DNA of 50,724 nucleotides from Basidiobolus meristosporus CBS 931.73 (taxonomy: Eukaryota; Fungi; Basidiobolomycota): assembly GCA_002104905.1 (NCBI GenBank), contig MCFE01000639.1:1-50724 (forward strand), in the 5' to 3' direction. This document shows, one piece after another, positions 10,744-22,409 of the stretch (the stretch's first letter is position 1; every line of letters begins with the position of its first letter). A program made the translations under genes and the position numbers. The notes beneath the pieces are model-generated. The model was not told the DNA's origin. It worked only from the letters and a program-made list of their open reading frames with translations, and searched no databases.

Positions 10744-11515
10744 TGAGCACTAAAAAGAGTGCCTGCTCCTAGCCCAAGAGTATCCCCAAAACTTCCCCCA
10801 AGAGGCCTGCCTAAAGTCCACAAGTATCCTCCCTATGATACTTCAACAAGTCCTCCCCCCTGTTCCTATCCTTACCTATTCAGAACACTTACCATTTTGA
10901 GAAGATACTCACACCCCTATTTTTTAACAAATTGTCTATCACCTGAGCCCCTCTGAATGAGATATATATGTAGCCATTTAGTCAAATTCAAGGGAGCAAA
11001 TTTCAATGTAACAGATGTGGGTTATCACTGACTGTACTTGGTGAGTGGGGGAGCTTGTAGATCAAGTCAGTACCACTTGGCTCAGAATAGCTTCCAATAG
11101 AAGGTAGCAAGGTAAGAAAGACTTGTGTGTATTCTGTCCAAATCTTCATGTCCCCCTTTTGGTTCAATTGGATAGATATATACATATCATTTGGGGGGCT
11201 TAGATAATAGACAATGTGTTATAAAATAGGGGTGTGACCACCTTCCTGATATGGTAGGTGTTCTAACTAGATAAGGGCAGGGATAGGAGGGAGGATGCAG
11301 GGGGGAATCATAGAGAGGATACTGAGGGACTTTGGGTAGGACTTTGGGGAGAACTCTTGGGCAAAGAGTGGGCACTACATTTAGTACTCACTACAGACAC
11401 CAGTCTTTATTACTATGCTACCTTCTGTCAGAAGGTATACTGAACCAAGTGAGACTGACTTGATCTACAAGCTCCCCCAAATACTAAGCATAGTCAGCAA
11501 TAACCCATACTACCA
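10744..11515. repeat. Permuted inverted repeat pair (A, B, A-inverted, B-inverted); possible small LTR family F
   Basis: 10744-~11000 aligns inverted with ~11150-11400; ~11025-11130 aligns inverted with ~11400-11515. B contains GGGGGAGCT|TGTAG, resembling a PPT/LTR junction. Confidence 0.7.
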
Positions 11516-11635
11516 CTGACAAAGATGTTATAGTTAACATCCCAAATAGTCTGACAAACAAGCTTCAGGTCATCATATCAGTTCTAAGATCCAGAACTGA
11601 AGATTTAACCTTAAATTTTGTGTATGGAATGCCTC

Positions 11636-12143
11636 TGTTATCAATAAACACAAGACAGGAGAGTAGCAGTTGGTAAGGCTGGACCAGCAAAGGACTGGGG
11701 AATGGATCAACATTGCAAGACTGTTTATTCATTACCTGTGTTTATCAAACTGAGGAATACATAAGGAGGGATAGAACTATGTATACTCTTTGGCAATATG
11801 AATGCCAAGAGATATTGGCTGATACTGATAAGGTTTTGGGGCAACACACATCAATTGTGCCAAGATAGAAATATCCCAAAGAAAAACTAGAATATCACAT
11901 GCAGATATGCCAGAGTCAGCTGATTGTTTGACTTTATTATGCAATATTTGCTTACCATTTATGGTACTTGACTATATAATCTCAACTGGAAGCTTCCATG
12001 GAATATTCCAATTTTTAGTGCTGACTTGGAGCTTTCAAGAAGTTGCCAGAATATAGCAGAGGTTTCTACCAGGAACTGTGATTTCTCCACCAACCTGATT
12101 TGGTAGGATCATGAATGGTCAAGGATATTATGTGACTAAGATA
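11636..12143 (-). mobile_element. Solo LTR family E inserted in copia gag
   Basis: Diverged reverse-complement match to 14565-15093; interrupts the YGW|LL gag motif. Right boundary and TSD are ambiguous. Confidence 0.7.
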
Positions 12144-12320
12144 GCTCCTGCTTGAAGTTTTAGGATAACCAAGCACCAACAAGAAGGAAGAAAATAATTT
12201 TAATAAGCAATGATTACCAACAAAGGAGGTTCTCAAGAGCCTTTGAAGGCAACATCAGCCTGTTTTGCAACTACTGCAAATGGAACAAGCACACAGCAGA
12301 ATGGTGACTCAAATATTAGA

Positions 12321-12688
12321 TGTTACAAGTCTTGGTATAAGAGTTGTAGAGGAATAGGGAGTTTAGCTAGTATTGTATTCACTCAGACTTGAACTGATTT
12401 TTATTGAGGTTCCAGCAGCTCCTTATTTACATTTTGCCAGATCAATTGCTGACTAATTGTATTTCCTAATATCAATTGTGGCTGACAACTCATTTGATTG
12501 CATCATCATTGCTCAATAAGATCTTACTTAATATATCTATTTCTGTCTGATAAGGATCTGCGGATTCATTTGCTGACTAATGCTACTGATTTGATAGATA
12601 ATACTGATATACTCATAACCTAAACAGATACTGATTGATCTGACTAAAAACTGATCTAACTCAAACATTCAAGCGGCAGATCATAGCA
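12321..12688 (-). mobile_element. Solo LTR-C, TSD TAGA
   Basis: 368 bp; TAGA at 12317-12320 and 12689-12692. Confidence 0.93.
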
Positions 12689-14564
12689 TAGATAACCAGC
12701 AGAAAAACATGAATATGGAAATGCTGCAACAGTAGAAGATAGAGTATTTATATCTGTCCTAAATATGACCTCAAGCAAGGATTCTCAGAAATGATGTATT
12801 GACTCTGGAGCATGTCTGCACCACCCAAAAACACATTTAATAAATATCAGGAAATTGCAATTGAGAAGGTTCTCACAGGTGATAATCATAGACTGGATGC
12901 AATTGGAAAAGGAGCCATCAAGGTAAACCTTAGAAAGAGTGAAAGAAGCTACACACTTAACTTTGTAGAAGTACTCTACATTACAGAAAACTCCTAGACT
13001 TACTATCTGTAAGCAAGGCCACATAAGCTTAATTAAATGACAAAACACCAATACCTTGGTACATGAGATTTGGACAAATGAGTTTTGATTATTTGCACAA
13101 TATGAACAAGAATCAGCTAGCTTTCAAAGTAGTATCTTATCCGCAGCATATTTGGAGCACCATGAAGCCTGTATTCATGGGACACAAGCCAGAGAATCAT
13201 TCAAAAGCTTTTGTTAATAACACTTGAGTAAAAATTCAATTTCCATCACTCCAATCTGTGTGAACCTATGCAAAATTTATTCTTATGCAGGACGAAGTAT
13301 TTAATCACTTCTATTGATGATTATACAAGATACATATGGGTGTACTTCATGGATAGAAAGGAAAAAGCTCTGTCTGAGCTCAAGATGCTTGATGCTGAGG
13401 TGGACAGAGAAAGTGGTGAAAAAGCTGAGAAAACAGGTCCAGACAATGTTGGGCAAATGCAAAGTTCTTGAGCTCAAGCAAGAGACTACTGTACTATACT
13501 CCCCACAGCAAAATGGCAAGGCAGATTGTGCCATTATATCAATGATTGATATATCAAGATCTATGACTTATGATCCAAACTTATCCTGCTGATTTTGGGT
13601 GGAATCAATTGTTGCAGCTATATATCTTAAGAATGGGAGTTACAGCACAATACTTTGTGATTCTACCCTATTTGATGCATGACATGGTGTATACCAAGTG
13701 CAGAACATCTAAGAAAGCTTGGGTGTACAGCATATGCCAAAAACTGCCCAGAAATCAGCCAAGATTTGAGCCAAGAGGTGTTAAATGCATATTATTGGGT
13801 TACTGCAAATAGAGTAAAGCATTACAACTCCAAAGTACCAAAGCAAACAAATTAATCCAGTCAAGGGATGTGTTGCTCGATGATATCCACAACGTTTACA
13901 AAAAAACAATAGATGACAACAAAAATATGATATCAAGTTCACAAATAATAAGTGATGAATGAAAGCAAAACAATGTAAAACATTGATGGAAAATCAAGCT
14001 TGGTACTTAGGAGAGCTACTAACCAAGCCAAATATCAATTGGATGCTGATGGGCCATTAAGAAAAATACAAGGCTGATGGTACAACTGAAAGATAGAAAG
14101 CAAGGCTTGTGGCCAACTGATACTCTCAAACAAATGACTGGGCTATACTAAGATATTTGCACTGATGGCCAAGTTCAGTTCCATCAGACTAATATTGGCC
14201 ATTGCAGCTAAATAAAAGCTCTTACTTGGTAAATGGATGGAAAAGCTCTAGTTTTGAACAAAGAACCTAATGTGGATGTGAACCTGAATTAGCCTGATGG
14301 ATTTGTCGGCCTGGATAGCTTTCATTTGGTCTGCAAGCTTAATCAATCTCTATATGTTATGAAACAATCAGCAGGAGCCTGGAATTGCAAGACATATCCT
14401 CATTTGGAATCTTGAATTTCTGTAGAGGTACTGCTGACCTCAGTATCTACTGTTTGCCAGATCTTGCAGGTCCAATTTTATTAGCACTGTATGTGGATGA
14501 TCTTACTATAGATATCAATAATCAAGAAGTCTTGACAGAGACTAAATCTAACCTATCCATGGAG

Positions 14565-16824
14565 TGTCATGATCATGCAAAGTCCCAGGCCTCTGAAGTT
14601 CAAGCTAAATCAAGTTGCTGGAAAAATCCCTATTCCTTCTAGAGAGTACTACCACATTCTAGCAATTTCTAGAAAGCTCCAAGTCAACATTACACAATGA
14701 AACATTCAGCAGAAGCTTCCCTTTGGGGTTTATGTAGCCAAGTACCATATATGGTAATTGCATGCCACAAAACTGTTTGCATGATCAGCTGACCACTGAC
14801 ATATCTCCATGTGATATTCTAGTCTGTACTTTGGTATAATCTCATCTTGGTACACTTATGGTGCCTCATCCCAGAACCCTGAGAGTATCAGCTAATATCT
14901 CTTGGCATTCATATTGCTAAAAAATATATATAGTCCTATCTCCCCCTTATGCTTTCCTCATCTTGACTAACACAGGTCTTTAATAAACAGTCTTGCCTTG
15001 GAGATCCACCTTGCCTTGTTGATCCACACCCAAGTCCCTTCCTGGTCCTGCCTTGCCTTACTCTACTTTCCTGCCTAGTCTCTATTTGTAATAGTTTTAT
15101 CTGACTGATCTTGACTTAGCTGTGGATCTCTGCCTTCTACCCAAAGTTCATGAGAAGAACTTATAAAGCAATACCTGCTGTGAGTATCACTGCAAATCTG
15201 TTGCTACTCATATCCTCTAAAGGCAAAGATACTTTATCTTTTTAAGATTGTTGGCCAAAGCTGCATTTGCTTTATTACCCTGCAGGTGTAGTTTATAGTT
15301 ATTACAGTATTGGAAGCTTGAGTACAATATTCTATCAAAGAATGTTAAAGTCAGTAGCTATGGAAGTAACACCAACCTATTCAAAGTTGAGGATTGTGGC
15401 TCAATAGTTTTATTGTTGAGAAACTAGTGGCTTTATAACCCACATATTAGCTAGTAGCATCCAGTATTCCTGAACAAGCTCAAGAAACCTCTCCACCTCC
15501 TGCCATCCCAACATATTCAGTCCAGAGTACAACTTGCAACTGTCATGACTGCCTTTGGGAAGCTGCAACAAGACAATTCAGATCTCAGGAACACTGTTGC
15601 TCAGCTTCAGGGCCAACTGGACCACTTTGCCAAGTCTTGTCCCAACAAGAAGTGCAGCTTCAAGCTCTTGCAATCACCCAGTGAACAGTCTTCTCCAGAG
15701 TTGTGGGGGAACTCCAGTGCTCAGTTACAATGACAGGCTTGCAGCTGGACCCTCCAATGAAACTTCATACACTACCAAGTCCATCCAGTCCTTAAGAATG
15801 CCTGTCAACATTCATATCTCTGAATCCAGTCCTGTTCATGCCCTTACCCTCATAGATCCTCCTGCTTCCTCCTGTTTCATTGACCAGTCCTTTGTCCAGA
15901 AGCATAAAATCCCCAATATCTTGAAATCCTGTCCTGTCCAAGTAGAAGTTATTGATGGAAGATACCTTTCCTCTGGTGCTGTTACCCATGAGACACATCT
16001 ACTCTGGCTGTCCAATATTGTTCACCATGAGATAATAGCCTTCAACATTATTAACTCTCCCCACTACCCCATAGTCCTTGGAAGCTCATGGATTCATCAC
16101 AATAACACAACTATCAGCCATTGCCTGGAATAGGAAACAGTCTGATTCCTTTGATTCTATCAAGAAACCCTTCTTGTGCACCCCACTTCTTGCCCACCCT
16201 GACCTTGAGAGACCTTTCAACATAGAAACCAGTGCCTCTGACTTTACCCTTTGTGCCATCCTTTCCCAGTATGATGACAAGAATGTGCTGCACCCTATTG
16301 CATTCTACTCTCAAAAATTTATTCCAGCTAAATTAAACTATGATATCTATGACAAGGAACTACCTGCAATCATTGTTGCCTTTGAGAAATAGAGACACAA
16401 CCTTGATGGTGCAGCCCAAAAGATAAAGATTTTCTGCGACAACAAGAACCTTGAGTACTTCACCAACCCAAAAGTGTTGAACCAGAGACAAGCTAGATGG
16501 TCACACTTCCTGTCTAGCTTTGACTTTGTCATCACCTATAGACCAGGTGTGAAATATCCCCATGTGATGTTCTAGTCTGTTCTTTAGTATATTTCTATCT
16601 TGGCACACTTACTGCGCCTCACCCCATAATCCCATAAGTATTAGGCAATATCTCATGGCATCCATATTGCCAAAATGTATATATAGTCCTATCCCCCCCT
16701 TATGAAATGCTCAGTCTGATAAATAGAGGTCTTGAATAAACCTGTCTTGCCTTGGAAATCCACTTTGCCTTGTTGATCCACACCTAAGACCTTTCCTGAT
16801 CCTGCCTTGTGTCTATTCAACACA
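14565..16824 (+). mobile_element. Internally deleted Ty3/gypsy (Tf2-like) element, LTR family E
   Basis: 5' LTR ~14565-15093; gag stub fused to knuckle (DHFAKSCP); protease relic; RNase H (HPIAFYSQKF, YDIYDKEL, RQARW); partial 3' LTR ~16560-16824. RT core and integrase absent. Imperfect TSD TGGAG/AGGAT. Confidence 0.85.
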
Positions 16825-17019
16825 AGGATATCAAGATGTCTGATCTAGGAGAACTCAATTACCACTTAAGGATAAAGCGCTCCATATACAGAAGTGCCCA
16901 GACTATATCTCATGCTAGTCCAAGTGTATTCAGTATACACCAAGGAAGAAATAAATGGAAGGCTGTAAACTTGAAGCTATCTCATTGGAGACAAACCTTT
17001 ACTTTGTCAAGACTCAACT

Positions 17020-17233
17020 AAATCAAGGGAACTTAGCGCCTTCTGAAAGCCAAGAGTTTCCTCACCAATCAATGTGTAGCAGTCCAATATATCTCATGCT
17101 TAGAATATATTTGGATGTTACAAGTCAAATCATGGGAGCTTAGTGCCATCTGAAAGCCAAGAGTTTCCTTACTAATCAATGTTTGGCAGTCTAATATATC
17201 TCATGCTTAGAATATGTTTGGATGTTACAAGTC
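17020..17233 (+). repeat. 107-bp tandem duplication spanning a copia/LTR-C junction
   Basis: Units 17020-17126 and 17127-17233; both end GGATGTTACAAGTC. Confidence 0.9.
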
Positions 17234-17590
17234 TTGATATAAGAGTTTTAGAGGAATAGGGAGTTTAGCTAGTATTGTATTCACTAAACTTGAACTGATC
17301 TTTATTGAGGGTCCAGCAGCTCCTTATATATGTTATGCCAGAGCAATTGCTGACTAATTGTATTTCCTAATGTGGGTTGCGGCAGATGATTCATTTGATG
17401 GCATCATCATCACCCAATTATATGATATTTAATATGACAATTTCTGTATGATCAAGATCTGTTGATTTGTCTGCTGACTAATACTACTGATCTGATAGAT
17501 GAAACTGATATATTGATAGGCTAAACATAAAATTAACAGATTTCATTAAATACTTATCCAACTTAAACATTCAGGCAGTATATCGTAACA
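17223..17590 (-). mobile_element. Solo LTR-C, TSD TGGA/CAGA (ancestral CGGA)
   Basis: 368 bp; inserted in the copia (T)RPDI motif. Confidence 0.88.
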
Positions 17591-18222
17591 CAGATATCTC
17601 ATATTCAGTGGGAGTTGTCAGCCTACATAATCAGAGCTTTGTATCTGATCATATTACAGCAGTTAGGCAAATTATAGATACCACAAAGTAACATCCCACA
17701 TCTGCTGCAAGTACACCTATAAGGTTTTAGAAAAGGATCTTGTGGGATATTCTGATGCAGACTGGGGACAAAATTCAGAAGACATCAAATCATCATAGGA
17801 TACTCCTTTCTTTACTATTAAGGAGCAGTTACAGGAAATTCAACAAAGCAATTGACTGTAGCACTTTCTACCATTGAGGCAGAGTATATGACAGCCTGTA
17901 AAGCTACAAAAAAAGCAATGTGGCTAAGAAAGCCTTTTAAAGACTTAGACTCATGTTAATATATGCCTGGTACTTTGTTTCAAGATAATCAAGGATGTGT
18001 ACAGTTATGTAGAGAATCAACTTTCTATGTTCAAACAAGGCATGGTGATATTGGACATTAGTTTATACATGAAGCTCTAGAGAATAACTTAGTTAAGTAA
18101 GTGTACTGTCTCACAGATGACATGAGTACTGACAAATTTATTAAGCCATTAGCCAGAGACAAATTTGAACACCTTAGGTCACAATTAGGACCTGTAAGTA
18201 CAAGCATTTAGTTGAGTGGGAG

Positions 18223-18567
18223 TGTTGTAAAGATTTGTACATCCACCTAGATATTCACCTTACTTAGTCACTTAGATCATTACCTACAAATCTTATAGAA
18301 TACTGACCAGGCTCCTTGCTGGGACTTATTGGACTATTTTCACCAAGATGCTAGGTAACCAGAACATGAAAATTCTCAAAGTTGTCCAAACAGCCCAAAC
18401 TTTGTGCACTTTTTCTTGAACCATCCTAAGCATATTCCGCATACTTGCAATGCCATGTCCATGTGAAAATATAATACTACATATTCATTCAATGAAGCAT
18501 TAATTGAAAACAACCCAGTCTACTTGTGCTCCCAATTTCTTCCAACTTCTCCAAGACTCTTACAACA
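18223..18567 (+). mobile_element. LTR family D (3' LTR of the nested copia)
   Basis: 345 bp, TGTTGTAA...TACAACA, preceded by PPT. Confidence 0.9.
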
Positions 18568-18770
18568 TTACCAAGTTGCATATGGGGCATTTCAAGATAA
18601 ATCAGCCCTATGAGATACCTTAAAATTAAAAGAATATGCAAGGTATCACAGAGTATCAGCTGTCCAAAGTACTTCTTACTAGCTTTAATTAATAATTCTA
18701 TACATATGCAATAATACAAATTCAAGGACAGGATGAACTGGGTATTTTGGGTAGACCTATTCCCTTTAAC
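18568..18770 (+). pseudogene. CACTA transposase fragment
   Basis: Aligns with 22585-22770 (TKLHMGHFKINQPYEI versus TKLYMGHFKVNEPFEI). Confidence 0.55.
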
Positions 18771-21504
18771 TTTCCTTTTATAACTGCTAGGTCTTACACT
18801 GCTACTTTGTCTTAGTGCTTCAAGTATTCAACTACATTTTCTCCTTGATTAAAGCTGCTCTGATGCATCTGTTTTGGCCTGCCTGTCCCTTGCTGGCACT
18901 CTGCAGGCAACATGACACTTCTTTCTTGCTTATTTCAGACTCTCAGCCCATGCTGTGATGGGCTCCTGAGGTAGCCACTTGCTTTTATCACTGCCAGGTC
19001 CTTCACTGCTACCTTGACGGAGTGCTTCTTGAGTAGAACTACGCTTTTCCTTAGTAAATGTTGTGTTGGTGCATCTGTGTCTGCCAGATTTTCCCTTATT
19101 GGCATTCCTCCAGCTACCTGGTGCCTCTTTGCTGCTTGTTTGGAGCATTTGGCCCAACTGGTGATGGGCTCTAGAGGAAGCTGCTGGTTTTTAGACATTA
19201 CACCCTTGTTCTTCTGCCTTTGCTAGTGTCTGCTATTCTTGAGATACCTATTTACCATATCAATGCTCACCCAAAAACCATTTGCTTGTTTGAGTCTAGG
19301 ATAATGCTCTTGAAGCAAATCAAGTGCATTCTACTTGACCTTGAGTTCCTAATGGGCAAATGGTATGCTGGCCTTAAAGTGTTGGTGCGCTAGACCTCTA
19401 ATGGCCTCTGGAATATTAGCGCACTCTCCACCAATATGCTCAATACTTTACAGATCTTCAATGTCTTTTGATTATTACGCTTTGGTATAAACACTACATT
19501 TTCTTCCTCCTGTGCTGTGATAGGTTTTTCTGTGGGCTTTATCATTGGGGACCATTTCTGTGCCTCAATGACTGTACAGTGTTCCTCTGCTGTTACATTG
19601 AAAATGGCTCAATTCTTGCCAATTACATTGAGCTACTCAAGTTCCTTCTTTGCAGCAAAGATACTGCTTTCTTTACCTGGGGTATTAATTCCTTTACACC
19701 TTTTATCCACTCATCCTGCTCTGGGACTATTTGCTAATTTCCCTGGGCCATTGCATCTATTCTATCAGCAACTGAACCTAGTTACCTCATTAATGCTTTG
19801 GTTTGAGCTGACAACATACTTTCAGATACAGGTGGAGGTGATGTTATGACAGCCACTGGCTTATCCTCAACTGAAGGTTCTGCTTTTGCAACATTCTCAT
19901 CTGCCTTGGTAATATGGTTGGCCTGCAGCTCTGCAGAGATTCACAAGTGCCTACTTGACTGAGCGCCTGAGGAGTTTGCATTATTCCCTTTGGTGGGACA
20001 CTCTCCGCAGGGCCTTTTTTGGCTGTAGCCCTGCTTGTTGCACTGAATGTCAAAGCTAACTGTTGTCCAGCCATTCTTCTGCTGCTGTTGAGAGTGGGGT
20101 TTGGATGGGAACCAGTTATCTTTGCTTTTTTTTGGTAGTATATATATGGAAGTGAGTCAAACCAGAGGGGAAATGGTGCTACATATACATGTGTATGTGA
20201 TGCCACAACTTTATTTATAATACTCACTGTGATGGGTCATCATTGAATCTGAAATTCATGTAGGTGCAATATCTCAAATACATGACTGTCTTAGGTTCAC
20301 AAGAGTATTGACATAAAAGTAACATAAAAGCATAATGTTGCTGAGTTCCAAACTTTTTGCCCCATGGACAAGTCTACTTTGATTCAACACCATAAAAGAA
20401 ATGAAAAGACCATGTGTCTATTGTAGTAAGCCTCTCTGCCATAAAGCACAAAGACAGCATTGGAAGTATTACAAGGCTTGTGGCCAGTGTTTTGCCACAC
20501 AAGTCATATTTGACCATTCACCAGTCACTATTGTATCAGCAATATCATGCCAGCCACTTGATACTTCCATAATGGCATCTGGCTGTACTTGTCACATTGC
20601 ACAAACTGAGTCAGGAGAGTTTTTGATGCCTTTAGGCTGACCAAAGCCTTCTGAATATGGCACACAGAGTTATAGCTCTGAAGAAGCAGGCTCAAGGATT
20701 AATTATGAGCCTATTGTCCCTAACAACAGTACTCATCATGAGCCTAGCAAAATCCCATTATATAATAAGACAACTACCGTGGAAAAATACACCAAGGATA
20801 CTTTATGGAGTCAAGTAAGCGCAGAAATCCATCTACTGGTGGATGATACGATTTTGTGGCCAGAGAAGTGGCACATTTCCCCTAATATCAGTAATGGGGG
20901 CATTGAGGATCTACTACTACTTCTTGCCAAAATTATCCCATGATGCAACCTATAATGACATGGCATAAATGGAAAACTGTCAAATGGCTGGCAACAAATG
21001 ACCCAGAGACCATCATGATATCAGCATGTGTTAACAGTTGCATGGCATTCACATCAGAAAATGCCACCATTGCAGGTGTCCAGCCTGTCAGGAATCCACC
21101 AATATTGGGGGAAAATATTGTTCACACTCAGGATATAATTCAGTAGTACTCCATACAAAGAAGCTTATGCAGTCCAAAAAATATTGTCAAGTATTGTGTT
21201 GTATTATGATTAGTTTCTGGCTTGTTCTACAATGTAGAGGCTAATCAACAATATACAACAACTTCCATTATACTAATACTGAAATAGTTTATTGGGAGCT
21301 TGACATACCAATAGAAGATATAACTTTCACTAATTTCCTCAGTCCTAGGCTCAAAATATACTACAGGCAGTATTTATCACTTCTACATCAGTGTTTTGAC
21401 CTTCTATTGACTAATGGGCTTATTTGCCTTTATAGTAACTTTTCCTTATTTGGAAGTCACTTTCCTTTGTGAGAAAACATATCCTAATATGGAAATTCTG
21501 AGCT

Positions 21505-21745
21505 CCCCTTTAACTTAAAGGGGTGTGTTGCAGAAGTCTCTAAAGGGGTCTTAAGACCTAAAGGGGTGTCTAAAAGGGTGTCTTTAGAGTAAAGGGGCTT
21601 CTTGTAGTGGTCTCTAAAGTGGACTTTACACTAAAGGGGTGCCTACAGGGGCTTCTTTAGAGTAAAGGGGTTTCTTAAAGGGGTCTCTAAAGGGGTGTCT
21701 AAAGGGGTATCTTTATAGTAAAGGGGTTTCTTAGAGGGGACTTTT
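21505..21745 (+). repeat. Array of ~14 TAAAGGGG motifs headed by an inverted copy
   Basis: CCCCTTTAACTTAAAGGGG followed by repeated TAAAGGGG with 4-17 bp spacers. The homologous site at ~29345-29420 has only ~4 units. Confidence 0.85.
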
Positions 21746-22409
21746 CCAACAGAAAAGTGGTAGTTTCTTGTAGAACTTAGATTGGATTCTTGTGAGCTTT
21801 GCAATCTCTTTACTGATGTTGTACCAATCAAAGTCAGAATACTCAACAGTGCAAGTGATGCAGGAGAAGTCTTATAACCTTTCAACTTGTAATTGTAGTG
21901 TGGAAATTCTGGAAAGAGAGGCTCCTTCTTAATTTTTCAGCTGGGGAAGTCATATATATGAGAATTCTGAAGGATCAAAGTTTTTGAGCAATTGTGCAAG
22001 CAATACACATGATATAAAGCTAAAATCCTGCAGTGGTGCAGATCAGACATAGGCGCAGCACTGGTGAATAAATTGCATGATTTGATTGGCTGGTTCAAAA
22101 GGTACATGCAATCAAAGTCACCCGAGTAATCCTAGCAATAAGGCACAGTATATATTATAATTGGACTCTTTTGGTTATAACTCCTTAAGTGCGGCTTCAA
22201 ATGAGCTGTAATTTGAAACATGTGTTGGCTACTACGTGTTCTGTATGACATAATATCTTGGGTGGATTGCTTGACAGGGTCTGGAGCATTTGTTCTTCAA
22301 AGTTGGAAATTGTTGATCTTTCACTTGAGTTACAATAACAAAAAGCAAGATAAAGAAATGAGTGCAATATTGGTTTAGAGATATTGTAGTAATGGAATAA
22401 TTTCCATTA

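Larger units (their letters stand above)
11505..18567 (+). mobile_element. Degenerate Ty1/copia element (family D) split by four nested insertions; 5' LTR not seen
   Basis: gag (RTEDLTL), protease (IDSGA), integrase (SIDDYTRYIWVYF), SH3 (VKCILLGYC), RT (YVDDL, KMSDLGEL), RNase H, PPT TTGAGTGGGAG, 3' LTR 18223-18567. Segments align with the element at 31266-35946. Confidence 0.88.

Noticed and set aside
20401-20640. MYND-like zinc finger (YCSK...HWK..KAC)
   Set aside because: Spacing does not fit MYND, and the ORF is short and lies in decayed, CpG-free DNA.
21516-21740. Interstitial telomere or CRISPR-like array
   Set aside because: Units are 8 bp with irregular short spacers and are not perfect tandem telomeric repeats; no cas genes; eukaryotic context.
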